56,338 nucleotides of DNA from Candidatus Saccharimonadales bacterium (GTDB taxonomy: Bacteria; Patescibacteriota; Saccharimonadia; Saccharimonadales; JACQNP01). Shown piece after piece: positions 7,544-17,365 of this stretch (its first letter is position 1; the number at the start of each line of letters is the position of its first letter). The notes under the pieces are model-generated. The model was not told the DNA's origin and did no database searches. It was given only the letters and a program-made list of their open reading frames with translations. The position numbers and the translations under genes are program-made. The stretch is from assembly GCA_038257245.1 (NCBI GenBank), contig JBBSJL010000004.1, forward strand, positions 1-56,338. Reading direction: 5' to 3'.

Positions 7544-8863
7544 ATGGGATTTACAAAACAAACTATCAGAGATATTAAACTCACCAACAAACGAGTTTTA
7601 GTACGTGTTGATTACAATGTCCCAATAAAAAATGGCAAAATTACTGACGATTATCGCATACAAAAATCCTTAGAAACGATAAACTTTTTGTTGAAGCAGA
7701 AATGTAAAGTAATTCTCTGTTCTCACTTGGGAAGACCAGAAGGGCGACCTCATAGTGAGATGAGTCTGAAGCCAATCGCAACAAGACTTTCAAAACTCTT
7801 GGAAAAGGACGTTAAATTTGCCAAAGATTGTATGGGTGCCGATACAAAGCAACAGGCAGATAATCTTGCGAGTGGTGAAGTACTGCTGCTCGAAAACCTT
7901 AGATTTCATCAAGCAGAGGAAGATAACGACAAGGATTTTGCCAAAGAGTTGTCAGAACTGTGTGATGTATTTGTTCAGGATGCCTTTGGTGTTGTCCATA
8001 GAGCGCACGCTAGTACTGATGCAATAACAAAGTTTGTCCCAAGTGTTGCAGGGCTGTTGCTCGAACAAGAAGTAATGGTAATCAGTGAAACCATGAGCAA
8101 CCCAGATAGACCACTAATGGCAATAATCGGCGGCGCGAAGATTACTGATAAAATCGATATTTTAGATAGATTTATTAATATTGCAGATGTTGTGGTAGTT
8201 GGCGGAGCGATGGCTAATACATTTTTATTAGCAGAAGGTATCAAAATAGGTAAAAGCCTTGCCGAGCCCGATGAAGTGCCGTTAGCCAAAGAAATTATCG
8301 AAAAAGCACGAACAAGAAGCAAAAAGGACGACTTTGTATTCTATATACCTCAAGACGGTGTGGTAGCGAAGGACTTAGGCAAAACAACCAAGACAAGAAT
8401 TGTTGACTGGGATGCTCATGTAATTGCAGAAGTCGAGAATTACCCTAATCGTCCGCCAAGAGATACTGCGATTGTCGACGACGATGAGTTAATTCTAGAT
8501 ATCGGGCCCTTTTCGGGCGCATTTATTGCCGGCGCCATGCAATTGGCTTCAACAGTTGTTTGGAATGGAGCAATGGGAGTTACCGAAACGCCTAGTGTAA
8601 ATGGTCCAATTGGGCCCTTTTCACACGGCACTGAACTGATCGTCGATGCGTTACTGGGCGAGTTCGGACATAAGCCCTATTCAGTACTAGGCGGTGGCGA
8701 TACTGTTGGTTTTGTAGAACAACGTGGATTAGTCAATAATTTTAATCATGTATCGACGGGTGGTGGCGCCAGTATGGAGCTTATGAGTGGCAAGAAATTG
8801 CCAGGAGTTGAAGCACTAGAAAATGCCAAAGGTGCTACAATTAAAAGGAGAAAGCATAAGTAA
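7544..8863 (+). CDS. pgk: Phosphoglycerate kinase
   Basis: KRVLVRVDYNVPIKNGKITDDYRI, CSHLGRPEG and the C-terminal STGGGASMELMSGKKLPG motif fit Pgk. I chose the internal ATG at 7544; the track ORF start at 7490 overlaps the pyk end. Confidence 0.9.
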   Translation: MGFTKQTIRDIKLTNKRVLVRVDYNVPIKNGKITDDYRIQKSLETINFLLKQKCKVILCSHLGRPEGRPHSEMSLKPIATRLSKLLEKDVKFAKDCMGADTKQQADNLASGEVLLLENLRFHQAEEDNDKDFAKELSELCDVFVQDAFGVVHRAHASTDAITKFVPSVAGLLLEQEVMVISETMSNPDRPLMAIIGGAKITDKIDILDRFINIADVVVVGGAMANTFLLAEGIKIGKSLAEPDEVPLAKEIIEKARTRSKKDDFVFYIPQDGVVAKDLGKTTKTRIVDWDAHVIAEVENYPNRPPRDTAIVDDDELILDIGPFSGAFIAGAMQLASTVVWNGAMGVTETPSVNGPIGPFSHGTELIVDALLGEFGHKPYSVLGGGDTVGFVEQRGLVNNFNHVSTGGGASMELMSGKKLPGVEALENAKGATIKRRKHK

Positions 8864-8864
8864 T

Positions 8865-9659
8865 ATGAGCAAAAGAACACTAATAATCGGAAATTGGAAA
8901 ATGCACCTTAATGCATCGCAGGCCAGTCTGTTATTGCACCGCTTGCATGAGCGAATAAAGATCCACCGCGATATTGAAGTAGTTTTGGCACCAAGCAATC
9001 TTACTCTACAGCCATTATCGGTCCAAATAGATAGACGAAAATTTAGATTAGCGAGCCAGAACGCTTACCACAAAGATGAAGGAGCCTTTACTGGCGAAGT
9101 AAGCTTCACAATGCTCCAGGACCTGGTTCATTACGGAATTATTGGCCATTCCGAGCGAAGAATTCATTTCCAGGAAGATCTCAACACAATAAGAGATAAA
9201 GTCGCGGCAGCAGTTCGTAATGACATCACTCCGATTTTGTGTGTAGGCGAGACACATAACGAACGCAAAACTGGCGAAACCAGACAAGTTTTACATGATC
9301 AAATTGTGACAGCTCTATCAAATTTGACTGCACGCGAAGTCGAAGACATGGTGATTGCATATGAGCCGATTTGGGCCATCAGTACTTTTGGTGGAGAGCT
9401 TGCGAAACCAGATCAAGTAGAAAAAGAGTTACAGTTTGTCCGAAAGCAGATTGCTGATTTATATGGCGCAAAGGTCAGTAAACGAATACGTATTCTGTAT
9501 GGCGGCAGTGTCGATAATCAAATAGTTGGCGGGTATCTAGCTTTGGATGATTGTGACGGAGTTCTAGTTGGAGGAGCAAGCCTTAATTATCATAAGTTTT
9601 CTGGCATAGTTGATGTTGCTTACAAACTTCAACATGGAGACGATAAAGATGGCAAGTAA
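8865..9659 (+). CDS. tpiA: Triosephosphate isomerase
   Basis: IIGNWKMHLN, IGHSERR, AYEPIWAI and YGGSV fit TpiA. An AAAGGAG SD sits at 8844-8850, upstream of ATG at 8865. Confidence 0.9.
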   Translation: MSKRTLIIGNWKMHLNASQASLLLHRLHERIKIHRDIEVVLAPSNLTLQPLSVQIDRRKFRLASQNAYHKDEGAFTGEVSFTMLQDLVHYGIIGHSERRIHFQEDLNTIRDKVAAAVRNDITPILCVGETHNERKTGETRQVLHDQIVTALSNLTAREVEDMVIAYEPIWAISTFGGELAKPDQVEKELQFVRKQIADLYGAKVSKRIRILYGGSVDNQIVGGYLALDDCDGVLVGGASLNYHKFSGIVDVAYKLQHGDDKDGK

Positions 9660-10845
9660 AGACGACAATAAAACAGTTTTTGATGTGTCCAAGCCCGGCT
9701 CAACACCACCAGACGCCTCGAGCAAACCGATAATCGTAACCCATAAGCCGATGATGAAAGATCCTATGGTAAATGGTGAAAAAGAGTTATCAGAAATGGA
9801 TGCGGCAGTAAACACTGAAGGAATTAAAGCTCCAAGCGAAAAGTCTGAGGGTAGTAGCAAGGTTATAGCACCACTGACTGACACTAAAAATGACGAAGAA
9901 ATTAAGACCGAAGATCCGGTTAATGAGAATTTGCCAGCTAACGATAAAGAAGAAAAAACCCAAGAAGAGGCCGTGATAGACGCGGTTATTTCCAAATCAG
10001 AAGATAAGAAAAAGAAACATATTGCCGAAGAACAACAGATCGCTAAGCGTGAAAAAATCAAAAAACTTGTTGAAAGTAAGAAATACTTCGTAAAAGTTAG
10101 ACCGGCAAAAGCCAAGCGTAATAAACGAACGCTTTTAACAATTCTATTGCTAATGGCTATAAGTTTCGTTGGGGTTGGGTTAGCAGCTGATGCAGAGCTC
10201 ATAGACCTAAACGTACCATTTGATTTTATTAAGAAATCTGAACCAAATAAGAGTCAAGCCGTAATTTTAAGTGCAGAACCAAAGGATGAAAATGGTGAGC
10301 CATCTAACGGTGATGCTGATGTAGAACAGACAAACAAATCAGTTACTAAAACATTCAGTTCGGATGAACTAGGTTTGAGTTTTGACTATCCTACAAGTAT
10401 GACACCTGTAGTTACAGAAACTGGTAGTGAATTTACTAGTTCAGGTTTTGCTTACCTATTGAGTTTAAGAGAAAAATTATTAGGCCACGCATTTAGTGCA
10501 GACTGGCAACCAGCAAGTGACGTAGACGTAAAGGGCGAATATAATGGATGCGTTTCGGGAGATGCTACAACAAAAGTAACAGTAGTATTTTACGAAGCAC
10601 AAGATTACTGTGTTAGTGGATACGACTATATTGACTATAGTGTGGACACAACGGGTTCTGTAGCAGCCGTTGTTACTATGCAGAAGAAAATAAGTACGCC
10701 AAAAGGCATAGTTTTACTCGAGATTACATCACAACCAATAGGCAGTGAAAACAATATAGATATAGCGGAAGAAATAATTATGTCATCGTTCAAAGAAACA
10801 GCTGCTGAATTGGAGTTAATTGCCAAATCTGTAAAATCACTTTAA
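9649..10845 (+). CDS. Hypothetical membrane-anchored protein (Lys/Glu-rich cytoplasmic N-part, one TM, extracytoplasmic domain)
   Basis: A GGAGA SD lies 9 nt upstream of ATG at 9649, which overlaps the tpiA end. The TM helix is LLTILLLMAISFVGVGLAA. Confidence 0.6.
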   Translation: MASKDDNKTVFDVSKPGSTPPDASSKPIIVTHKPMMKDPMVNGEKELSEMDAAVNTEGIKAPSEKSEGSSKVIAPLTDTKNDEEIKTEDPVNENLPANDKEEKTQEEAVIDAVISKSEDKKKKHIAEEQQIAKREKIKKLVESKKYFVKVRPAKAKRNKRTLLTILLLMAISFVGVGLAADAELIDLNVPFDFIKKSEPNKSQAVILSAEPKDENGEPSNGDADVEQTNKSVTKTFSSDELGLSFDYPTSMTPVVTETGSEFTSSGFAYLLSLREKLLGHAFSADWQPASDVDVKGEYNGCVSGDATTKVTVVFYEAQDYCVSGYDYIDYSVDTTGSVAAVVTMQKKISTPKGIVLLEITSQPIGSENNIDIAEEIIMSSFKETAAELELIAKSVKSL

Positions 10846-10885
10846 TGGTAGGTCGTACAAAGACATTCTCTGTTAAAATACATTA

Positions 10886-13800
10886 GTGTTAGATTTGCTT
10901 GAGGGACTTAATCCAGAACAAAAACGTGCTGTAGAAACGACAGAAGGCCCGTTACTTATTCAAGCTGGTGCTGGGAGTGGGAAAACAAAAACTCTTACAA
11001 ATCGCATTGCTTACATTATTGCTAATCACAAGGCGACGCCATTCAATATCTTGGCCGTGACCTTTACTAATAAGGCTGCTAAGGAAATGCGTCAACGGGT
11101 TGCAAAGTTGATCGGCGATAATCCGGATAATCGAAGTTTCATGCCGTTTATGGGCACTTTTCATGGAATTTGTGTGAGGCTACTTAGACAGGATGGCCAA
11201 TATGTCGGCGTGCCTAGTAATTTTGTAATTTTTGACGAAAGTGATCGGCTGACTGCTGTAAAACATGCTTGCAGGGCCGCCATGATAGATGAAAAAAGCT
11301 ATCCACCACGGGCTCTAGGGTCGCTGATTAGTAATGCAAAAAATGAACTACTCTCACCGTCGCAATATTCGGGGATTGCCAACAGTCCCATGCAAAAAAC
11401 CGCAGCGACTATTTATCCACTATATGAAAAATCGTTAAAGGACGCTGGTGCCTTGGATTTTGATGATCTAATTAATCGAACAGTACACCTGATGTCATCA
11501 AACCAAGAGATTCGTAAAAAATGGCAACAACAATTCAAGTACATTATGATTGACGAATACCAGGATACAAACGCTGCTCAATATAAGTTGGTAAAACTTC
11601 TAACATCACCAGCAAACAACATTGCCGTAGTTGGGGATGACTGGCAGTGTCTGCTGCCAGGTACTCCGGTTGCATTAGGAAATGGCAATAATAAGAATAT
11701 CGAAATGATTAAAAAGGGTGAATTAGTCAAAGCTGCCAGTGGCTACAAAAAAACAAATAATTTCACCGTATCAAAACAGAGAGAATATTCATACAATGGC
11801 GATGTTATTGAAATAAAGACTGCATCTGGGAAGATGCTAACTTGTACACCAAACCACCTTTTGTTTAGTAGGTGGGGGGTAACAGATTCATACTTTGTAT
11901 ATCTAATGTATTCTTCAGAAAAAGGCTATAGAGTAGGCATGACAAAAGGTACCAGGAATGACGGTAAAAAATATGACATTGGGCTAAGAGTTAGGGCTAA
12001 TCAGGAAAGAGCTGAGCGAATGTGGGTTATCAAGGTTTGTAAAAACCAAGAAGAAGCCATTTACTATGAATCATTGATAGCGTACAAGTACGGCATTCCG
12101 ATGCTTGTTTTTCATGCCTACAAAAATCGAGCAATGGTTTTAAGACAAGAGTATATCGATTCTATTTACGAAGAAATCGATACCAAGACAAGGGCGGAAA
12201 AACTGATGCTAGAAGAGGGTATAGTATTTGAATATCCACATTTTATGCCACAGGGAACAACCAGAAATGACATAAAAAGAATCAATCTAAACGTAGTTTT
12301 ATTTGGTGATAAACGTATTACAGCCCAGAGTCCATGGTCAGCAAGTAGAATATCGGTCAATACTTCAAACAGGGAAGATCTTCAACTATTTAAAGATGAC
12401 GGCTATTCTGTCAGAGCGGGTCGTGCGGGCACGTATAAAACAGAGATTCATAATTTAGACTTTGGCAAAATAGAAACGATTGTAGAGAAAATTAAATCTA
12501 CAGGTGACGTTAATATGCTTGTCCGTAGGTATTCCAATATAACGAACAAAAAGTTTGATTTTTTACCAGCATGTAACTTGCTTGTTGATATGCTAGTTCC
12601 AGTTCTCGACGGTGATTCAATTATTGAAGATAGAGTTGTTGAGGTAATCAAGAGGCAGTATTCAGGTAAAGTATATGATCTAGATATAGGTAAGGTACAC
12701 AATTACATTGCATCAGGTATTGTGGTGCATAACTCTATATATTCATGGAGGGGTGCAGATTTTCGCAATATTTTAAAGTTCGAAAAAGATTATCCAAAAG
12801 TTACAGTAATAAAACTGGAACAAAATTATCGAAGTACCAAATCTATTTTGGACGCGGCACATAAGATAATTACCAAGAATTCCAATAGATCGGACAAGAA
12901 ACTTTGGACTGATTCTGGTGAAGGCAAACCTGTCGCAATTTTGCAGGTTGCTAACGAACGCGCCGAGGGTGAAATGCTAGTTAGGCGGATTAAGAACGCT
13001 GTAGATTTAGGAGCAAATAAATACGAAGATTTTGCAGTTCTGTATCGAACCAACGCTCAGAGTCGATCAGTTGAAGAGGTATTCATTAGATATGGAATAC
13101 CTTACCGCATAGTAGGTGGTCAACGCTTTTATGATCGCAAAGAGATAAAAGACATAATGGCCTACCTAAGGTTTTTATACCAACCAGCAGACAGAGTTAG
13201 TTTCGATAGGATCGTCAATGTGCCAACTCGAGGTATTGGTACAAAGTCTGTCCAGAACTTCATTAGCTGGCAACAAACAGAGGATATGAGCCTCAAAACA
13301 GCCTTAGAGAGAGTAAATGATTGCCCAGACCTAACGCCCAGAGCCAAAAAAGCCTTGTTTGAACTTAGTGATATGTTAACAGCAATGAGAGAAATTATAG
13401 ATAGCACATCCCTGCCGGTTTTGTTAGATAGTCTGCTTAAAAGAATCGATTATTTGGCGTATGTAAATGACGGAACAGTGCAGGGAGAATCACGAGCAGA
13501 AAATGTTCAGGAACTAATTAGTGTGGCGCAGAGTTACCAAGATCTTGGCCTGGATGGGTTTTTAGAAGAAGTTGCACTAGTAAGTGATTTAGATAATGCT
13601 AATTTCGGTAGTAACGCTGTTACCCTGATGACACTTCATGCAGCCAAAGGCCTAGAATTCCCAATTGTTTTTATGACAGGGATGGAAGAAACAATCTTTC
13701 CACATTCTAGAGCTATGTATGACCAAGGCGAGATGGAAGAAGAAAGACGACTTTGTTATGTTGGTATGACTCGGGCCAAAGAAGAATTACACATGAGTTA

Positions 13801-14140
13801 TGCTTCATCACGGATGCTATTCGGAGGCGTTCAACACAACCCACCATCACGGTTTTTAAGTGAAGTAGATGGTCAATTCCAGGTAGATAGCGTAAGTCTT
13901 GGCGGATCAGCCTGGCAAACAACTGATTCGAGCGAAACAATTGATTATTTTTCTAAGTCACCAGAAACCAACAACGAGCCGGAGTATATCTTGGAACTAA
14001 ATGAAGGCGATTCTGTTCAGCACGACGTGTTTGGTGTGGGCACAGTTATGGAGAAAGAAGGCGATAATTTAGCCGTCTACTTCAAGGGGAAAGGTGTCAA
14101 GAAGCTCAACGCAGCATTCGCACCGCTCAAAAAACTATGA
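10886..14140 (+). CDS. pcrA: UvrD/PcrA-type superfamily 1 DNA helicase, interrupted by an intein (precursor 1084 aa, predicted mature 722 aa)
   Basis: Walker A is AGAGSGKT and motif II is MIDEYQDTN. Motif III is split as VVGDDWQ / SIYSWRGA. Also present are QNYRS, TLHAAKGLEF and VGMTRAKEEL. The start codon is GTG. Confidence 0.9.
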   Translation: MLDLLEGLNPEQKRAVETTEGPLLIQAGAGSGKTKTLTNRIAYIIANHKATPFNILAVTFTNKAAKEMRQRVAKLIGDNPDNRSFMPFMGTFHGICVRLLRQDGQYVGVPSNFVIFDESDRLTAVKHACRAAMIDEKSYPPRALGSLISNAKNELLSPSQYSGIANSPMQKTAATIYPLYEKSLKDAGALDFDDLINRTVHLMSSNQEIRKKWQQQFKYIMIDEYQDTNAAQYKLVKLLTSPANNIAVVGDDWQCLLPGTPVALGNGNNKNIEMIKKGELVKAASGYKKTNNFTVSKQREYSYNGDVIEIKTASGKMLTCTPNHLLFSRWGVTDSYFVYLMYSSEKGYRVGMTKGTRNDGKKYDIGLRVRANQERAERMWVIKVCKNQEEAIYYESLIAYKYGIPMLVFHAYKNRAMVLRQEYIDSIYEEIDTKTRAEKLMLEEGIVFEYPHFMPQGTTRNDIKRINLNVVLFGDKRITAQSPWSASRISVNTSNREDLQLFKDDGYSVRAGRAGTYKTEIHNLDFGKIETIVEKIKSTGDVNMLVRRYSNITNKKFDFLPACNLLVDMLVPVLDGDSIIEDRVVEVIKRQYSGKVYDLDIGKVHNYIASGIVVHNSIYSWRGADFRNILKFEKDYPKVTVIKLEQNYRSTKSILDAAHKIITKNSNRSDKKLWTDSGEGKPVAILQVANERAEGEMLVRRIKNAVDLGANKYEDFAVLYRTNAQSRSVEEVFIRYGIPYRIVGGQRFYDRKEIKDIMAYLRFLYQPADRVSFDRIVNVPTRGIGTKSVQNFISWQQTEDMSLKTALERVNDCPDLTPRAKKALFELSDMLTAMREIIDSTSLPVLLDSLLKRIDYLAYVNDGTVQGESRAENVQELISVAQSYQDLGLDGFLEEVALVSDLDNANFGSNAVTLMTLHAAKGLEFPIVFMTGMEETIFPHSRAMYDQGEMEEERRLCYVGMTRAKEELHMSYASSRMLFGGVQHNPPSRFLSEVDGQFQVDSVSLGGSAWQTTDSSETIDYFSKSPETNNEPEYILELNEGDSVQHDVFGVGTVMEKEGDNLAVYFKGKGVKKLNAAFAPLKKL
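11648..12733 (+). mobile_element. Intein (362 aa) inserted in helicase motif III
   Basis: The insert starts with Cys (CLLPGTPVAL) directly after VVGDDWQ. Block B is CTPNHLL. The C-terminal block is VYDLDIGKVHNYIASGIVVHN, followed by the +1 Ser of SIYSWRGA. Removing it restores the canonical VGDDxQSIYxWRGA. Confidence 0.85.
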
Positions 14141-14622
14141 CAAGTAATATCTGGTCAAAAATCGGTAAAGTCTGTTACATAGTTTGCTTGCCTCTGTTGG
14201 CTATATATCTACGAATCGGTAAAAGAACCAGAGTTGTTGTAGTAACAGGTAGTAAAGTTCTGGTTGTTCGCGGATGGTTGGGCGACGACAAATGGTCTAT
14301 GCCTGGAGGTGGTTTGCACAGAAACGAATTGCCTGTAGATGGCGCGAAACGAGAACTTCTAGAAGAAACAGGTATAGATTTGCCAGCCAAAAAACTAAAT
14401 CAACTAGGCAGTCTAAACCAACAAACTAAAGGCATTATCAGCTACAAGTATTATGTTTTTAGCATTGAGGTGCCAAAGACACTAAAAATTACCAAACAAA
14501 AATCAGAGATAGTTGATGCTGCGTGGATTGAAATAAATAGTCTAAATGTTACCAACGCAGACACTGACGTTTTGCAGGCAATTCAAGCCTGGAAGGGTGA
14601 GTTTGCATCTGATACAATGTAA
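14137..14622 (+). CDS. NUDIX hydrolase
   Basis: The Nudix box is GGGLHRNELPVDGAKRELLEETGI. The start overlaps the helicase stop (ATGA). Confidence 0.8.
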   Translation: MTSNIWSKIGKVCYIVCLPLLAIYLRIGKRTRVVVVTGSKVLVVRGWLGDDKWSMPGGGLHRNELPVDGAKRELLEETGIDLPAKKLNQLGSLNQQTKGIISYKYYVFSIEVPKTLKITKQKSEIVDAAWIEINSLNVTNADTDVLQAIQAWKGEFASDTM

Positions 14623-14679
14623 TAGCATTTTTGACGAGATACTACCTGGTTCGAAACTTGTCATTAATCAATTATTTAT

Positions 14680-16002
14680 ATGAGCAAACCACAACTGAAA
14701 AAGTATCTCGATATTAAACGGCCTTCTAAACCCAAAAAGAAGCCAATTTTGAAGGCGCCACCCAAAAAACCCATCAAACAAAGTCTGCACAAACATCCAT
14801 TTGTTGTGCCAGTAGTTACGTTTTTGGTGTTGTTTTTCGTATCTATAGTTGGCTATGTGGCCATTGGTGGCCAAACAATAGGCGCCAGTGACTCACATGT
14901 TGTTAGGGTATCTGTTGAGGGGCAAACGGCTACTGTTCCTACTAGAGCCAAGACTGTTGCAGAATTTCTGGAGCGTGCAGATGTAGATGTTCATGAAGCC
15001 GACGTTATCGAGCCTTCCCTAGATACCGAAATAGATCAAGATGACTTTAGAGTAAACGTATATCGGGCACGACCTGTAACTATTATTGATGGTGAAACCA
15101 GAACTCAGGCTTTGAGTGCCGCCAAGACACCTCGTTCGGTTGTTGCTCAAGCTGGGCTTAAAGTGTACCCAGAAGATTCAGTTGAAATTATTAAACCATC
15201 AGAGCAGATATTAAAAGACGAGGTCATCGGCGAAAAGGTAGTTATAGATCGCGCCACGCCGGCACATCTTAACCTGTATGGTAAACAAATCGAAGTAAGA
15301 ACGAGAGCGAAAAGTGTAGGCGAACTGCTCAAAGAAAAAGATGTCAAGCTTGGCCCAGATGACACGGTTCAGCCAGCAGTAGATACAGCCCTCGCTGCAA
15401 ATTCACAGGTATTTGTTACTAGGACGGGCACACAGATCGTGAGTATCGAAGAGGAAATACCAATGCCAGAAGAAATAATAGAAGATGCTTCGCTAAGTTT
15501 TGGTGCGACAGCAATAAGACAACAGGGTGCGGTAGGCAAGAAGATCGTGACTTACCAGATAGAAACCAAAAATGGCCAAGAAGTTGGAAGAAAAGCAATT
15601 CAGGAAATTATAGCTCTTGAACCAGTAAAGCAAGTTGTGGCTAGAGGCAAAGCTTATTCTGTACCCGATGATAAAAGCGGTTTACTCACAGCTGCAGGTG
15701 TAGCACTAAGTGATTACCCGTATGTGAACCATATTATTAGCCGCGAATCAGGTTGGTGCGCTACTAAATGGCAAGGTCAAGTTGGTTATTGTCCTGCTTA
15801 TTATTCACCAATTCATTCGCCAGATAGTGGTTACGGCTATGGTCTGTGTCAATCAACTCCTGCAGGGAAAATGGCTTCAGCTGGTTCAGACTGGGCCACA
15901 AACCCAGTTACACAGCTAAGATGGTGTTCTGGTTACGCAATTGGTCGTTACGGGTCTTGGGAGGCAGCTTATAACTTTTGGTCAAACAACCATTGGTGGT
16001 GA
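14680..16002 (+). CDS. RpfB/YabE-like cell-wall protein (TM, DUF348-like repeats, G5-like domain, C-terminal lysozyme-like/Trp-rich domain)
   Basis: There is an N-terminal TM. Repeated V.V..dG....v.T.a.TV.e.L segments are followed by a G5-like region (GKKIVTYQIETKNGQEVGRK). The C-terminal region is SRESGW..GYGLCQ...RYGSWEAAYNFWSNNHWW. It sits in the conserved position upstream of rsmA. Confidence 0.7.
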   Translation: MSKPQLKKYLDIKRPSKPKKKPILKAPPKKPIKQSLHKHPFVVPVVTFLVLFFVSIVGYVAIGGQTIGASDSHVVRVSVEGQTATVPTRAKTVAEFLERADVDVHEADVIEPSLDTEIDQDDFRVNVYRARPVTIIDGETRTQALSAAKTPRSVVAQAGLKVYPEDSVEIIKPSEQILKDEVIGEKVVIDRATPAHLNLYGKQIEVRTRAKSVGELLKEKDVKLGPDDTVQPAVDTALAANSQVFVTRTGTQIVSIEEEIPMPEEIIEDASLSFGATAIRQQGAVGKKIVTYQIETKNGQEVGRKAIQEIIALEPVKQVVARGKAYSVPDDKSGLLTAAGVALSDYPYVNHIISRESGWCATKWQGQVGYCPAYYSPIHSPDSGYGYGLCQSTPAGKMASAGSDWATNPVTQLRWCSGYAIGRYGSWEAAYNFWSNNHWW

Positions 16003-16005
16003 TGC

Positions 16006-16806
16006 ATGGGTGATGTAGAAGCAAAGAAATCACTAGGTCAGCACTGGCTAGACGACAAGACTGCATTATCTGCAATTTGTGACGCCGCTGGAGTAATCAC
16101 TGGGGATGAAGTCTTGGAGATTGGACCAGGTAAGGGTTCATTAACAGGCGAGTTGATGCTTCGTGGTGCCAACATATTCGCCATAGAAGTCGACACAGAA
16201 GCGATAAAATATTTAGAGAAAGTATATAAAAGACAATGGGACGTTGTTTTACATGTTGAGCAACAAGACGTTAGGACATTTAATTTTGAACGTATGCCAA
16301 AGGACTACAAAATTGTGGCTAACATTCCCTACTATCTAACCAGTCACTTAATCCAGATAATCAGTGAATCCAACAATCCACCAAGTGTGGCGGCGATATT
16401 GGTACAGAAAGAAGTAGCCGAACGCGTTTGTGCTAAACAGGGGAGCATGTCACTTCTTAGTGTAACCTCGCAGTTTTATTGGCAAACAGAATTAGGAATT
16501 GTTGTCCCGGCACGGCTGTTCACACCGCCACCAAAGGTAGATTCACAGGTTATTATTCTGGAACGTCGAAAAAAGTTACTATTTGATGTTGATAATAAAA
16601 AGTTTTTCCGACTAGTTAAGTCTGGCTTTTCTGCCAAACGAAAAACGTTACTAAATTCACTTAGCGGAGGGCTAAGATTAGACAAGGATCAGACAAATGA
16701 TCTGCTAACGGCTGCTAAAATCGATCCGCAAAAACGGCCTCAAGAACTGTCCATGGAAGACTGGAACTCATTGTATCAACAGTCAATTGCCCGCTCATTA
16801 GTATAA
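16006..16806 (+). CDS. rsmA: 16S rRNA (adenine1518/1519-N6)-dimethyltransferase
   Basis: KSLGQHWL, the SAM motif VLEIGPGKGSLT and NIPYYLTS fit RsmA/KsgA. Confidence 0.9.
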   Translation: MGDVEAKKSLGQHWLDDKTALSAICDAAGVITGDEVLEIGPGKGSLTGELMLRGANIFAIEVDTEAIKYLEKVYKRQWDVVLHVEQQDVRTFNFERMPKDYKIVANIPYYLTSHLIQIISESNNPPSVAAILVQKEVAERVCAKQGSMSLLSVTSQFYWQTELGIVVPARLFTPPPKVDSQVIILERRKKLLFDVDNKKFFRLVKSGFSAKRKTLLNSLSGGLRLDKDQTNDLLTAAKIDPQKRPQELSMEDWNSLYQQSIARSLV

Positions 16807-16827
16807 ACACACTTCCCTTCACAATAC

Positions 16828-16856
16828 TTGACGTGTTAATAGTTAGCAGGTAAAGT
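16828..16856 (+). promoter_or_regulatory. Sigma70-like promoter of the MarR gene (TTGACG-17 nt-TAAAGT), 6 nt before the ATG
   Basis: The hexamers and the 17-nt spacer were read directly. The same GGTAAAGTATA(A/G)ATATG string precedes metG. Confidence 0.4.
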
Positions 16857-16862
16857 ATAAAT

Positions 16863-17294
16863 ATGACTGATTCATCAAATTCTACCGGTTATCTTCTGCA
16901 GCAGGTTGCCACCGCCCTAACCCGCCATTCTGACCAGGTTCTTCAGGACCGGTTAAATATTAGCTACTCCCAGTTGAAGATAATGTTAGTCTTGCAGGAA
17001 AGTAGTGGATTGCGCCAAAAAGATATTGCTAGTTCCCTTGGTCAGACCGAAGCTAGCGTAAGTCGTCAGCTAAAACTGATGAGTGATGAAAGATTAGTTA
17101 AAATTGCTCTTAACTCTAACAATAAGCGTGAACATATCGTTGTAGTTACTAAAAAAGGCGACAGGCTGACCAGTAAAGCCATGATTATCCTCAATAATTA
17201 TCATTTGCCAATGTTCCGTCAGTTGTCACAGGAACAAGCTTTATCACTTCAGGATTCGTTGAAATTGATGCACGAATTCTTGCTGAACAGATAG
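16863..17294 (+). CDS. MarR-family transcriptional regulator
   Basis: 143 aa with the winged-helix segment LRQKDIASSLGQTEASVSRQLKLMSDERLV. Confidence 0.8.
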   Translation: MTDSSNSTGYLLQQVATALTRHSDQVLQDRLNISYSQLKIMLVLQESSGLRQKDIASSLGQTEASVSRQLKLMSDERLVKIALNSNNKREHIVVVTKKGDRLTSKAMIILNNYHLPMFRQLSQEQALSLQDSLKLMHEFLLNR

Positions 17295-17308
17295 AAGTAT
17301 AAATTAAA

Positions 17309-17336
17309 AACAGCTAGCCATTTCTGACTAGCTGTT
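17309..17336. terminator. Bidirectional terminator between the convergent MarR and RRM genes
   Basis: The hairpin is AACAGCTAG-N10-CTAGCTGTT, flanked by an A-run and T-rich sequence. Confidence 0.6.
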
Positions 17337-17365
17337 AGTTATTAGCAGGTTAAAACTATGCTAAT

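Noticed and set aside
7490-8864. Apparent gene overlaps pyk/pgk (7490-7533) and pgk/tpiA (8823-8863), as implied by the ORF-track starts.
   Set aside because: Homology-consistent N-termini (MGFTKQTIRDIKL.. and MSKRTLIIGNWKMH..) start at internal ATGs 7544 and 8865, and the latter has an AAAGGAG SD. The upstream extensions are not real.
9564-10202. Long antisense or overlapping ORFs in the track: 9564-10202 (-) 212 aa, 17463-17849 (+) 128 aa, 20589-20975 (-) 128 aa, 52584-52973 (-) 129 aa, 53615-54016 (+) 133 aa, 7975-8322 (-) 115 aa, 21136-21420 (+), 33841-34143 (+) and similar.
   Set aside because: Each lies fully inside, or opposite to, a gene with clear family motifs. Their low-complexity, Ser/Leu/Pro-rich composition is typical of shadow frames, and they lack an SD or promoter.
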